The translations under genes and the position numbers were made by a program. Of a stretch of 64,000 nucleotides of DNA, positions 1 to 11,500 are shown piece after piece. This DNA comes from an uncultured Candidatus Poseidoniales archaeon (GTDB taxonomy: Archaea; Thermoplasmatota; Poseidoniia; Poseidoniales; Thalassarchaeaceae): NCBI GenBank assembly GCA_905182515.1, contig CAJJBW010000001.1, positions 18,275 to 82,274 of the forward strand. The letters are read 5' to 3'. Position 1 is the first letter of the stretch. Every line of letters begins with the position of its first letter. The notes under the pieces were generated by a model. The model was not told the origin of the DNA and did not search any database. It saw only the letters and a program-made list of their open reading frames with translations.

Positions 1-1
1 A

Positions 2-1186
2 TCTGCTTATAGCGGTGAATCTATACAGTTTGGGCCAGACTATATTATTCCAAAGCCTTTTGATGCCCGTGTTTTAATTTGGGAAGCTAGTGCTGTAGCT
101 CAAGCTGCAGTTGATGAAGGAGTAGCAAGAGTTAGTAAAGAGGAGTTTGATATTGATACTTATAGAGAACAACTAGAGGCTAGATTAGGATTGACTCGCT
201 CAATTATGCGTAGAGTGATTAATAGAGCTAAAAATACAAATAAAAAAATTGTATTTTCAGAAGGTGAAAATCCAACTATAATCAAAGCAGCATCTCAATG
301 CATTAATGAAAAAATTTGTCAGCCCATACTTTTAGGTGATGTAAAAAGAATAGAGGCCGTTAAAGCAGATTTGGGACTTAAATTTGAATGCGAATGTATT
401 GATGTTCGATATGATAAAAGAAGAAGAGGGGCATATGCTGATGAATATCACAAATTAAGGGGCCGTAAAGGACTAACAAAGGAAGATGCTGTTAGACTCT
501 TAAAAATGCCAACTCATTTTGCCCCAATGATGGTTCACCTAGGAGATGCAGATGGATATTTAGGAGGGGTTTCACACGATTATCCAGATATTGTCAAACC
601 ATGTTTACATATTATTGGCCCGGATCCTAATTCTCACAGGATTGTAGGGATGTACATGATGACCGTTAATGGAGAATTGTTGTTCATAGGAGATGCAACA
701 ATAAATATCTATCCAGATCCACGAACCTTAGCAGAAATTGCTATTCAAACCGCCAAGGTAGCAAGAAGGTTTGGAGTTAAGCCGAAAGTAGCCATGTTAT
801 CTTTTTCTAATTTTGGAACCTCTGGAGAATTAAGAACAGATAGAATTGAAGAAGCAATACAGATCGTTAGAGAATTAGATCCGGATTTAATAATTGACGG
901 GCCTATGCAAGCAGACACGGCATTAGTTCCTTCGATACAACAAGAATATCCATTTATGACATTTAAGGGTCCAGCAAATGTATTAATTTGCCCTAATCTT
1001 ACCTCTGCAAATATAGCATATAAATTACTTCAAAGAATTGCTGGTGCGGAAATGACTGGTCCAATTTTGGAAGGTTTAGCAAAACCAACCCATGTCCTAC
1101 AAAGAGGCGATAGTGTACGTGATGTGGTGCACATGGTTGCAATATGTGCTGTAGATGCTGTTAGACATGAACAAGAGAAGATCTGA
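2..1186 (+). CDS. maeB: NADP-dependent malic enzyme, C-terminal part including PTA-like domain (5' end cut by window edge)
   Basis: Frame 2 is open from the window edge. The translation reads ..FGPDYIIPKPFDARVL.., then a PTA-like domain (KIVFSEGENPTIIKAA, LSFSNFGTSG, IDGPMQADTAL, ANVLICPNL). This is colinear with the C-terminal half of bacterial MaeB. The ORF-track start at 191 is an internal TTG. Confidence 0.85.
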   Translation, partial: SAYSGESIQFGPDYIIPKPFDARVLIWEASAVAQAAVDEGVARVSKEEFDIDTYREQLEARLGLTRSIMRRVINRAKNTNKKIVFSEGENPTIIKAASQCINEKICQPILLGDVKRIEAVKADLGLKFECECIDVRYDKRRRGAYADEYHKLRGRKGLTKEDAVRLLKMPTHFAPMMVHLGDADGYLGGVSHDYPDIVKPCLHIIGPDPNSHRIVGMYMMTVNGELLFIGDATINIYPDPRTLAEIAIQTAKVARRFGVKPKVAMLSFSNFGTSGELRTDRIEEAIQIVRELDPDLIIDGPMQADTALVPSIQQEYPFMTFKGPANVLICPNLTSANIAYKLLQRIAGAEMTGPILEGLAKPTHVLQRGDSVRDVVHMVAICAVDAVRHEQEKI

Positions 1187-1192
1187 GAAGAA

Positions 1193-2473
1193 TTATATTT
1201 GAGAGTAATAATCTAGTGTAGCTAATTCTAATTCTAAAGCCGCTTGTTCTTCATCAATACTTAACGTTATTCCATCACGACGCAATGCATTTCCGTCTAC
1301 AAATACATCGAGGCAGTTAGTACCCGAATAAATTAAATTTGAAAGTAATCTCTCTCCATTTTTTCCGTATGGCCTCATTCTTATATTGTTAATATCCCAA
1401 GTAATCCAATCTAGTGAATCTTTTGTAGCAATTTTCCATGTTTCGAGAGGATTTAACACCCTGGCATCCCAATGATCGTGTTTTTGTATAATGCTAGCTG
1501 CTTTGGCCTCTGCACGCAAATCTAGACTATTGTTACTAGCCGCACCATCTGTTCCCAATCTAATGTCAACACCTGCTTCCTTCATTGCAGGATATGACAT
1601 TGTGCCACCGCATGCTAGTTTCTGATTGCTAATTGGGCAGTGAACAGCATGGGCTTCGTGAGTAGCCAGTATTCTCATTTCTTTCTTTGTTACCCATCCA
1701 CAATGAGCACACACTGTTCCTTCTGTAAAATAATCTATAGAGTCTAGATACTCGATCGGATACATGCCAGTTTCTGCATGACAATCTGCTACTTCTTTAC
1801 GTGTCTCTGAAGTATGAATACTTAGTGTACAACCAGTTCGTCTCGAAATTTCAGATGCTTTACAAAGAGTTTCTTCTGAACATGCATAAACAGAATGTGT
1901 ACCTATTCCATATTCAACTTTATTTTTACTACCTTTATTTTCTGAAATAAGATTTTGTACTTTTTTGAGAGTGTCTCCTTCAGTATGATTTGACGCATCA
2001 GGAAAGTCTGTAATTGGCCCACATACAATGGCACGAAGTCCACTATCTGAAAGAACTTTACCGATTATATCTGGGTGAAAATACATATCACAAGCAAATG
2101 TTGTTCCAGTACTGATTAATTCTGCTGCTGCTGCTCTAGTTCCAATTTCTATTAGTTCTGGGGTGATATTCTTTTCAAGCGGGAATATTGATTTTTCTAA
2201 CCATTCCATAAGTGGCAATCCCTCCCCCATTGATCTGTTTAGTATCATAGCCAAATGCGTATGCCAATTCTGTAGACTCCGAGTGATTAAACGATTGGAG
2301 CCATCGATAGTTTCTATTACGTCTTCATGACCTTTGCTTACACTATATGTACCCTCATTATTTATTAAAAAATCACCTTTTTTAACTATTCCATCATGAT
2401 CAATTAGATGAGTGTCGGTAATTCTTCTTGGTTCTTTTTCCATAAAATCACAACTTACAGGTTTTTTAGTCAT
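1193..2473 (-). CDS. amidohydrolase superfamily protein, MTA/SAH (nucleoside) deaminase-like
   Basis: 426 aa. It carries the metal-ligand motifs NWHTH, IHTSET and GTDGAASNNSLDL, typical of the chlorohydrolase/MtaD branch of amidohydrolases. Confidence 0.7.
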   Translation of the reverse strand: MTKKPVSCDFMEKEPRRITDTHLIDHDGIVKKGDFLINNEGTYSVSKGHEDVIETIDGSNRLITRSLQNWHTHLAMILNRSMGEGLPLMEWLEKSIFPLEKNITPELIEIGTRAAAAELISTGTTFACDMYFHPDIIGKVLSDSGLRAIVCGPITDFPDASNHTEGDTLKKVQNLISENKGSKNKVEYGIGTHSVYACSEETLCKASEISRRTGCTLSIHTSETRKEVADCHAETGMYPIEYLDSIDYFTEGTVCAHCGWVTKKEMRILATHEAHAVHCPISNQKLACGGTMSYPAMKEAGVDIRLGTDGAASNNSLDLRAEAKAASIIQKHDHWDARVLNPLETWKIATKDSLDWITWDINNIRMRPYGKNGERLLSNLIYSGTNCLDVFVDGNALRRDGITLSIDEEQAALELELATLDYYSQI

Positions 2474-2590
2474 TGATTCAAAATACAGAACAACCTACGC
2501 TCATGGCTTAGCGAGTAATCACTGCATCATTAGTCCATCGATGAATAGATATTCCGAGGGTTGAATAATGTTGTATGACCTAAGAGATGT

Positions 2591-3532
2591 GTGGATGTAG
2601 GGCCGTATGAGGTTTTGGGAGTCTCTAAAGATGCTACGGATGCAGAAATAAAGAGGAATTATCGTCGTTTGGCACGTCAATATCACCCCGATAGGAATCC
2701 AAATGATGTTGCCGCCGAAGATAGATTTAAATCGATTCAGACAGCATATGAGAAAATTGGTGATTCTAGTGCACGTCAAGAATTTGATCAGAAAAAACGT
2801 ATGGAGGACATGTTTCAGAGGAATAGAGGTAATTCATTTGGAGGAGGTTTTGGCGGATTTGACATAGGTGATATGTTCTCTCAATTTAGAGGACGGGGCC
2901 AAGAAAATGTGCAAAATAAATCCAATAATATGAATAATCTAAGTCAGGAAGTAAAAGGCTCAGATATAGAATCAGGCTTGGACATTTCTTTGGAACAATC
3001 CATCAATGGTGCAAATATTAGATTTAGCCATAGAAGGTTTAAAGTTTGTGAAAATTGTAAAGGATCTAGTTTTGGTACTTCAAAAGGTTGTTCTAATTGC
3101 GGAGGTAAGGGAGTAAAAACAAAAAGTAGTACCATTACAATTAAAGTTCCTGCAAACGCAAAACATGGACAATTATTAAGACTAAAAAAAATGGGACATG
3201 AGCATCCTCAAGGAGAGCCAGGGGATTTGATAATTTCTTTACGACTTGATGCTGAAGAAGGAAGAAGATGGGAAAATGGAAGACTTGTACAAGAAGCCCC
3301 CGTCCCAATTACAACTTTGTTGTTAGGAGGTAAGGTGAAGATACTGACTCCGCTTGGTAAAAGAGTGCAAATTGATGTTCCTGCTGGAACAAGGGTGGGC
3401 GATAGAAGAAGATTGCAAGGTCATGGCCATGACGGAGGGCAATTAGACATAGAATTTGTTCTTTCAGAAATTATTGAAATAAATGATAATCAAAGGAAAA
3501 TTTTAGAACAATTACGGAAGGTTGGACTTTAA
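2591..3532 (+). CDS. DnaJ-class J-domain co-chaperone (reduced zinc-finger)
   Basis: It has a J domain (YEVLGVSKDATDAEIKRNYRRLARQYHPDRN), a G/F-rich linker, only two CxxCxG repeats (CENCKGS, CSNCGGKG), and DnaJ-type C-terminal beta domains. The start is GTG. Confidence 0.8.
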   Translation: MDVGPYEVLGVSKDATDAEIKRNYRRLARQYHPDRNPNDVAAEDRFKSIQTAYEKIGDSSARQEFDQKKRMEDMFQRNRGNSFGGGFGGFDIGDMFSQFRGRGQENVQNKSNNMNNLSQEVKGSDIESGLDISLEQSINGANIRFSHRRFKVCENCKGSSFGTSKGCSNCGGKGVKTKSSTITIKVPANAKHGQLLRLKKMGHEHPQGEPGDLIISLRLDAEEGRRWENGRLVQEAPVPITTLLLGGKVKILTPLGKRVQIDVPAGTRVGDRRRLQGHGHDGGQLDIEFVLSEIIEINDNQRKILEQLRKVGL

Positions 3533-6500
3533 AAAAACAACTACTCAAATACATGAAATCTGTGGATTTACTATGAGAGACTTAAGCAATCTAGTAGGCT
3601 TTATTTTTCCAAAAAAGAAGGAAGTTCACATTAGTGTGTTATTAATTTCATGTTTGATGGTTCCAGGCTTTATATCTACTTTAACTCCAATTGATATTGA
3701 ATCCTATAGTTTAGATTCACCAGAATTAGAGGCATCGGAAGTAATGCGTGAAGAATTTGCAGGTGCTGGAAATATCTGGGGCTTTGGGATATTTGTAAAA
3801 GAAGGAGAATATTGGGGAAAGAACCCTAGTGAGGTATCTCAAATTAAAGATTTCAATGGAGAAGGAGAAGGGCTCGAATTTCCGACTGGTGGCATTTTGA
3901 ACCTTACAATTCTAAAAGAAATAGATGATAAAAAAAATTTATTGATGGATCATGAAATATCAAAATTCTATCTTCCCCTTGCTTCAGATATTTCTGGGCA
4001 ACCTATTGAAGGAGTTTTTGATTTAGCTAGTGAATTTAGATTTTTCATGAATGGGGACTCCTTGCTTACAAAACCAAAATTTGATCCTGATGAATTTGTA
4101 ATAAAGCCGGCATCGACTAATTGGAATGATTGTGGAGAATTGGAATGCCTATCATTTGATGATGAGAATACTACGCAGGCACATATTGATTTAGCAGCAC
4201 ATAGAATGGCAAATAATAGCAATGGCGCATTTCTTAGATTTTTATCTATTGATAGGGCATTTTTACCAGATCTAAATAGTAAAGTAATTGGCCCCATTAA
4301 TGGTGAACTGCAAGCAAATGGAACAATAATTGCTGCCGAATGGAGCGCAGGAAGATGGAGCGCATCTTCGGCGTGGTTAATTTTGAATATGAATAGGGAG
4401 TTAATGCAAAAAGAAGGGTGGACCTTTTCATGGATGGATGCAAGTTATGAATTTGGATATACATTAGAGGGCGTCTCTCTTAAAACACAACCGATAAAAT
4501 ATACAAATTCTGAATGTAAAAGTCGTGCAGAAAATGGTTCTGACTTATGTTCTGTAGAATGGCTATATCTATCTTTAGAAGAGGGATTACGTGAAACAGA
4601 TGATATGGTTGTCTCTGTTTTATTAGGAGAAGGCCCAAATGTAGAAGTAAATAGAGAGTTATTATCCAGTGCTTATCTAATTATAATGATGGTTTTTGCG
4701 GTAATAGTTTTACTTTGGTTTAATCTAAGAAGATTATCTGATGTTGTGATAGTAGGCATGGGATTAATTCTTGCTCTATTGTGGATGCAGGGTTTGATAG
4801 GTTGGTGCATGGTATTTGGACAGAAAACAGGACTAGAAATAATATTCAGATCTCAATTTTCAAACCTTCTGCCGATACTAATACTAGCTCTAGGAATTGA
4901 CGATAGTTTACACGCCCTACATAGATATAAAGAAGAAAGAAGAACTGGAAAAAGTCCAGTTGAATCGGCTGAAATATCAATATCTAAAGTAGGTAGGGCG
5001 GTGTTATTAACATCTTTAACAACAATTATGGCTTTTATGGCAAATCTGACCTCAGATATTGCTGCACTAAGATCATTTGGGATTGAGGCTGGATTTGGAG
5101 TTGCTGCAGCATTTATTTTGACTGGCCTATGGGTGCCCATTGTTAGAATGGATGTTGATTTATGGCTTCAAAAAAGAAATAAATTAGATGAAGAAGATGA
5201 AGATGTCTTGCACATGATTCCTAAGGAATGGTTAGGCAATACAGCATCACAGTCCGCAAAGTATGCAACTTTAATAGCATGTTTTTCATTAATAATTACT
5301 ATAATTGCTGCTCCTATGGCTCTTTCTCTAGAAGGAGATTTTGAAATTGATGACTTTCTAGATGACGAATCTGATTTTGTTATTGGGGTAAATCTTGTAA
5401 ATGAAAGATTTAGAGATGGTGAGCCAGGGTACGTACTTATTGAGGGAGATATCGCCAATCCTGCAATAATTTCCGCAATAAGTGAAATGAGAGATAATAT
5501 GAATTCCCACGATACAGATGACCCAAATCAAATTTCAAGAACACCCACAGGAGAAGTTGAATTGATAGCTTTAGATCAAATCTTGATGTTTACACAGGCA
5601 GCATTTTATGTAAATTCCATACCTTTTGAAGACTCAGGATGGGACAGGAATTTGGAAGATGGCGGAATTGAATGTGAAACAATGGAAGTTTCGCATCTGA
5701 TTAAAGGAATAGTTAAGATCCCGATATTGGAAGACAGGGAATGTTTGAATTTTCTTTACGGCTTTATATTGACCAAGGGGGTCCCTGCTACTGCTGGTTA
5801 TCCGGCATTACCTACAACAATAGTTTCAGAATATATCCATACTGAAAACGAACTGAATATTTCTAATCCCTGGCTCACAACTTCTGGAGAAACTCCAAGA
5901 TATTCTAAAATGAGTATGAGATTTGGACTATCAAATCCGGAACAATTTGCACTAATTGAGCCTGCCCTTGCTCAATTACAAAGAGATATGGTACCATTTC
6001 AAAATTTATCTGAATCTAGAATAAATATACGTGGAGATGTTGAAAGGGCGTTTGAAAGTGAAGATTATCCAATTACTTGGGCCATACAAACAGGTGATCC
6101 TGTTATTCGATTTGTAGCGGCTGATTCTATGCAAGATGAAATGCAAGAAACGTTATTACTAGGCCTTGTATTTTGTATGATGACTTTGTGGTGGGGATTT
6201 AGGAGTGAGAATTCTTTACAGGAAAATATCAAATTAATTAAAGAAGATTTGTTTAATTTTTCAATTAAATCTATACTAGTATCAGCATTCATGGGATTAA
6301 TAATTTATATTTTAGTCGGCCTAGATTGGGCAATAATAACCTCAATTGTAACAATATTACTTCTTATTATTTGGGGCACTGAAGCATTTGGAATTGCCAT
6401 GATAACAACAGCACCAATATTCCTAGTTATTATTTGGCTTTATGGGATGATTGAAATGGCGGGATATGGCCTAAATATGGTTACAGTTTCTATTGCGGCC

Positions 6501-6836
6501 ATATCACTTGGAGTCGGAATTGATTATGTAATTCATATAATTGAGCGATTTAGAGAAGAGCGAGAAAATGGTAGAGAGGTGGAGCATGCGCTACGAATTG
6601 TAGGTGCCTCATCTGGGTTAGCATTATTTGGATCTGCAATATCTGACATCGCGGGCTTTGCTGTGATAAATCAATCTGATATGGGTTTCTTCTCTACATT
6701 TGGGTTATTTTGCGCAATAATGATTGGCCTGTCATTAATTGCAAGCATTATTTTAACGCCAGCTGCATTGAGTTTGTCAAACAGGATAAGGTCTAAATTT
6801 AAATCTAATACAGAACTACTGGTGCCGCAGCAATAA
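3522..6836 (+). CDS. RND-superfamily (MMPL/COG1033-like) exporter
   Basis: 1104 aa with two multi-helix membrane bundles and large soluble loops. GIDDSLHALHRYKEER and GVGIDYVIHIIERFREE are typical MMPL/RND exporter motifs. The start is uncertain (TTG 3522 or ATG 3573). Its 3' end overlaps pckA convergently by 32 nt. Confidence 0.7.
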   Translation: MDFKKTTTQIHEICGFTMRDLSNLVGFIFPKKKEVHISVLLISCLMVPGFISTLTPIDIESYSLDSPELEASEVMREEFAGAGNIWGFGIFVKEGEYWGKNPSEVSQIKDFNGEGEGLEFPTGGILNLTILKEIDDKKNLLMDHEISKFYLPLASDISGQPIEGVFDLASEFRFFMNGDSLLTKPKFDPDEFVIKPASTNWNDCGELECLSFDDENTTQAHIDLAAHRMANNSNGAFLRFLSIDRAFLPDLNSKVIGPINGELQANGTIIAAEWSAGRWSASSAWLILNMNRELMQKEGWTFSWMDASYEFGYTLEGVSLKTQPIKYTNSECKSRAENGSDLCSVEWLYLSLEEGLRETDDMVVSVLLGEGPNVEVNRELLSSAYLIIMMVFAVIVLLWFNLRRLSDVVIVGMGLILALLWMQGLIGWCMVFGQKTGLEIIFRSQFSNLLPILILALGIDDSLHALHRYKEERRTGKSPVESAEISISKVGRAVLLTSLTTIMAFMANLTSDIAALRSFGIEAGFGVAAAFILTGLWVPIVRMDVDLWLQKRNKLDEEDEDVLHMIPKEWLGNTASQSAKYATLIACFSLIITIIAAPMALSLEGDFEIDDFLDDESDFVIGVNLVNERFRDGEPGYVLIEGDIANPAIISAISEMRDNMNSHDTDDPNQISRTPTGEVELIALDQILMFTQAAFYVNSIPFEDSGWDRNLEDGGIECETMEVSHLIKGIVKIPILEDRECLNFLYGFILTKGVPATAGYPALPTTIVSEYIHTENELNISNPWLTTSGETPRYSKMSMRFGLSNPEQFALIEPALAQLQRDMVPFQNLSESRINIRGDVERAFESEDYPITWAIQTGDPVIRFVAADSMQDEMQETLLLGLVFCMMTLWWGFRSENSLQENIKLIKEDLFNFSIKSILVSAFMGLIIYILVGLDWAIITSIVTILLLIIWGTEAFGIAMITTAPIFLVIIWLYGMIEMAGYGLNMVTVSIAAISLGVGIDYVIHIIERFREERENGREVEHALRIVGASSGLALFGSAISDIAGFAVINQSDMGFFSTFGLFCAIMIGLSLIASIILTPAALSLSNRIRSKFKSNTELLVPQQ

Positions 6837-8403
6837 CTTCTTCAGTACATTCATCGGTATATTGGTTAAAATTATCAATAAACATTTTAGATAGTAAATT
6901 TGCTACATTGTCAAATTTTTTCTTATCGTTCCATGTATCTCTTGGTTGTAGTATAGATTCAGGCACTCCAACGCACTTTGTAGGAACAGAGAAGCCAAAT
7001 CGTTCATCTATAATAAAATCTGATTCAGCGATTTCGTTATTTAATGCCGCATTTAATAATGCCCTTGTCCATTTAATCTTTATACGGCTACTTTCGCCAT
7101 ATCCACCTGCGACCCATCCGGTATTAATTAGCCAACATTTTGCATCATGTTTCTTGATTTTCTTAGAAAGTAAATTTGCGTAGACGCTTGGGTGTCGGGG
7201 CATGAAGGGGGCACCAAAGCAAGTTGAAAAAGTGGCTTGAGGTTCTTTGATACCCATTTCAGTTCCAGCTACTTTCGCAGTATAACCTGATATGAAATGA
7301 TAAGCAGCTTGTGCAGGAGTTAAGCGTGAAAGAGGAGGTAGCACACCAAAGGCATCGCAAGTTAAGAAAACTACATTCGTTGGGTGTTCAGCCATTGAAT
7401 CAAGAGTTCGATTTGAAATAGATTCTAGGGGATATGACCCTCGGGTATTTTGAGTAAGTGTTTTATTCTTAAAATCCGGAGTTCGGTCAGCATTCAATAC
7501 GACGTTTTCTAAAATAGATCCAGGCATTTTAGTAGTTGCAAAAATTGCTGGTTCATCTTCTTCTTTCAAGTCTATTAATTTTGCATAACAACCTCCTTCA
7601 AAATTAAAAATTCCATCTTCGGACCATCCATGTTCATCATCTCCGACTAAAGCTCTGTTAGGATCAGCAGAAAGAGTGGTTTTACCTGTTCCAGATAAAC
7701 CAAAAAATAGAGCAGATTCGGCCCCTGTATTTGCAGAGCAATGCATTGGCAGTAAACCATTTATTGGAAGAATATGGTTCATAATTGTAAAAATAGCCTT
7801 CTTTATTTCACCTGCGTAATGAGTTCCTCCAATAATAACTAAACCTCTATCTAAAGCTAATATTACAAAAACTTCTGAGTTGATACCATCTTCCTTCGGG
7901 ATTGCTTTTAATTCAGGTGCGTGGAGAATGGTATATTGAGGCACGTGTTGAGAAATTTCTTCCGGGGTTCCTCGGATAAACATATTATGCATAAAAGCTG
8001 CATGCCATGCCTTTTCGGTAACTAGTCTAACGGGCATTCTGTAATTACTATCAGCGCCACAGAATGCATCTTTGACAAAAATATTATTAGCTTTATTTAG
8101 ATGAGTTTGAATTTTTTCTAATAATTTATCAAAGGTATTTATTGTAGTTGAACGATTAACTTCGCCCCACCATACTGAATCGGCTAAACCTGATTCCTTG
8201 ACTATAAAACGGTCATTTGGTGATCTTCCGGTACGTTCTCCAGTTGTAGCCAGTAAAACTCCATCGGCAGTTAAAGTGGCCTCATTTAATTCAATTGCCT
8301 TTGAATGTAATTCTTTCCAACCATCATTAATATGGATTTGACCTTGTGGCTCTAGACCTAGAGAACCCAAAGAAGTGAATAATTCATCAGAGGCCCCTGA
8401 CAT
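6805..8403 (-). CDS. pckA: phosphoenolpyruvate carboxykinase (ATP)
   Basis: 532 aa. It has the P-loop GLSGTGKTTLS, FNFEGGCYAK and IGGTHYAGEIKK, with full-length colinearity to bacterial-type ATP-PEPCK. Confidence 0.92.
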   Translation of the reverse strand: MSGASDELFTSLGSLGLEPQGQIHINDGWKELHSKAIELNEATLTADGVLLATTGERTGRSPNDRFIVKESGLADSVWWGEVNRSTTINTFDKLLEKIQTHLNKANNIFVKDAFCGADSNYRMPVRLVTEKAWHAAFMHNMFIRGTPEEISQHVPQYTILHAPELKAIPKEDGINSEVFVILALDRGLVIIGGTHYAGEIKKAIFTIMNHILPINGLLPMHCSANTGAESALFFGLSGTGKTTLSADPNRALVGDDEHGWSEDGIFNFEGGCYAKLIDLKEEDEPAIFATTKMPGSILENVVLNADRTPDFKNKTLTQNTRGSYPLESISNRTLDSMAEHPTNVVFLTCDAFGVLPPLSRLTPAQAAYHFISGYTAKVAGTEMGIKEPQATFSTCFGAPFMPRHPSVYANLLSKKIKKHDAKCWLINTGWVAGGYGESSRIKIKWTRALLNAALNNEIAESDFIIDERFGFSVPTKCVGVPESILQPRDTWNDKKKFDNVANLLSKMFIDNFNQYTDECTEEVIAAAPVVLY

Positions 8404-8440
8404 TTCTAATCCTCTACAGCCCTTAGGGCGGGCTCATTGG

Positions 8441-8452
8441 TTTCAAGTGTTA
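8441..8452 (-). promoter_or_regulatory. TAACACTTGAAA motif upstream of pckA (identical copy upstream of aceE)
   Basis: This exact 12-mer (read on the gene strand) ends 3 nt before an ATGA. It lies 38 nt upstream of the pckA ATG. A second shared block, GTCTATTT (plus-strand AAATAGAC, 8478-8485), lies further upstream. Confidence 0.35.
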
Positions 8453-8544
8453 CGGGCGAAAACTGGAATTTATGAACAAATAGACGTTACTAAGGGCTCC
8501 TTAAAGGATGTAATTTATGCCACATGTACTTGTCTCATTAACTG

Positions 8545-11500
8545 ATGGATGAGGAGGACCAAGAGGATCGAATTATCCGAGAACGAAAATTTAAAATTGG
8601 TTTTAATATAGATATTGATGAATTAAAAGATCGGAAACCTAGAGTTAAGAAAATATCCAAAGGCAGAAAAAAAGACGGAGATCCAGCCTTAGGAAGCTTT
8701 TTTGATCCCTTTGAGTATACTGATGAAAACTCACCAGGAATTATGCATCAAGACGGTAGCATCAGTTCACCTCCTGAGCGAGATGTTATTACTGAAATAT
8801 CTATTGAAGGTGAGAGAAAAATCAATTGGATAATTATGGTTTCAATGATTGTTATCTACAGTATAATTAGCATACTAGTAGGACTTACATTTGATACAAA
8901 TATTGCAATAATAATCCTATTATTACTAGCTGGATTTGGCTTTACACTTGGTGAAATTTGGATTCCAGATGAAAAAATGAATTTACTTGGAGTTACTTGG
9001 GTCATTATTTCTATGAAGGTATTGTATGGTTTGTCAATAGAGTTACGCAATTGGGACGTTATTGGAGTGGAAACTTTAGTTTTAATACTTATTAGTTTGG
9101 TATCTGTTAATATATATGTTGCATATCGACATAATCACGATGCTATTGCCGCACAATCAACCCTAGTACTTCTGGCAATTGGATCCAGTACCGGTTCGAT
9201 ATTGGGGGAAGAGGGCGTTGCAGGCATGATTTTAATTTCAACGGTCTTGCTACATGGGCTTGCAATCCATAGAAAATCAGGTAATTTGGCTGCTTTGGGT
9301 ATCGCTTCATCGAATCTATGGATAGGAATGCATGCAATCACAGATGGCTTTGTAATTGGTGAGTTAGTGATTATAAAATTAGACTCCTCGTTATTGCTAT
9401 TCTTACTTTTGATGGTAATTACTGGCCTTAATGCTGCAATGGCAGCTAAATTTTCAAAAGAACCTAATTGGTTTTCAAGCGCTTTCAAAGTTAGTGGTTT
9501 AGGGGAGCCCGGACTTTGGGGCGTTTCAGTATCTCTTGGAATGGTTGGTGCACTTCTATCAGTAGCGGCTAATCGTGAAGATTTGGGGTATGCTCTTGGA
9601 ATGGTAACATTCCTTAGTACGGCATTTGGAGGTTCTTATCTTAGTGTAAGGGGGGTTCAAAATATAAGGATTATAAAGCCAATAATATTTTCACTACCAT
9701 TTTTAGTAACTATATTATTATTTAGTAATCAAATTGGCGATAATTTTAGAATTGATGGTTATGATTTATTTACAATATTAGGAACTATTTTGACCGGATA
9801 TATTATTCTCAAAGATCAAAATAATGTTAGCGACAGAGTACTCTGGCTTGGATCAGTAGTTCTCTTGATTTTGTTAGTCTTACTTGTTCCATCTAGCGAT
9901 ACATATTCAGAAGAGGAGAAGGGATTATTTTTACTTGGATCTTTATCAATATTACACATTAGTACTGCAATCCTGTCAATAAAAAGGGATTCGCCATCAT
10001 TAGGAGGAGTGACGGTTATATTACCCTGGGCTTGGATTTTAGTGCATGAAATTACTAGAGAATCAATTAGTACGTTTATGATAGTTAATGATAAATCTGA
10101 AATTGGTAGTGCAATCCAACTTGGGATTTTACCGTTAGTATCATATCTTACATTATGCCTATTATTGATGGTTATTGTGAATCTTAAATTGGGTGCCACC
10201 AATATTAACCTGGCGTCTAAATTCTTAGGGATTACAGAAATATCTGCATTGATTAAAAACTCAGAAATATTACAGTTGTGGAATATTGGCATATGGTTAC
10301 CTCTTATCTCAATTATCACACTGGCACAACTTGGAGGTTTTAACGCCATTACTCTTTTATTCATCCTTACACTTTTAATAATAATTCATACCATTACTCA
10401 GAGACTGGAGAAGAGGGTTGGAAGTGATTCTAACCTATTATTAATAATTATAACATCTATAATTATAATACAATGGCTACATGGATTAAATTCGTTTATA
10501 GTTATATTATCATGTCTTTCAATTGTTATTATAATATCCAAAAATGATATAGGAGATAAAATTGGCACTGGAATGATACTTGTGAGTATGCCAATTCTAA
10601 TCTCAATAAGCAGGAGAGGTGGGCATACTGCTTTGAAAGAAGCAGATAAATTACCAAATTTAGAAATAGAATGGGTCGCGCTAATATGTACAACGATAAT
10701 AATTGGAATTTATTTATGCAAAGCAGATAAACTTGAGAGGATTTTAAAACCAACTTTAGCATCATTGTTTTTAATAATTACAACCATATCTCTTTCTTGG
10801 CAATCAGACATTATTATAACGAAATATATGTCATTAGGACTATTTGTTTTTACTTCTATATGGTTAGTGAGTCGTGGAGAATTAAGATCTGAATTGAAAA
10901 CAATGGCTTTAAAGGATTCTCGAATTGAAATTGCAAAAAAAAGAAAGGACTACTCAGAATACCTACCTAACTTAGTTAGCAATAATGGAATTGGTAATTA
11001 TGATCCCCTGGTTGCATTTTTAAATGAAAGACAAAATAAAAGCAGAGAGCAAAAAAAAGCAGATAATTTAGAAGATTTTTATGTTTCTGACCTCAGTCAT
11101 CGTCCAATCATTCTTTTAGCAATGTTAAGTATCATATTTATTGCTTCAATTGGAAGAGGTTTAATTTCTGGTCCAGAACCAATTGTTCTCCTATGTGTAG
11201 GATTATTTGCTACTTTACTAGTGGGAATTGCTAGATATAGGACTAAATCATTAGATCTCAGCCTACCTCATATCCTAGGAATAGAGATTCCCATTGCTAT
11301 GGCTATTACCGGCCTTGTAATAATCCACAATATTTCACATATCGCTCCATTTAGTAGTAACATAGACCTATTAGACTTAGCAATTTTGAGTATTTTCATA
11401 ATGGGATTAACAATCATATCGATACTAAATCAAAATAATTTAATTGATAGAATTCCAGTTGCGATTGATTGGTTTATTATTCCACTTTTCATTAGCAGAA

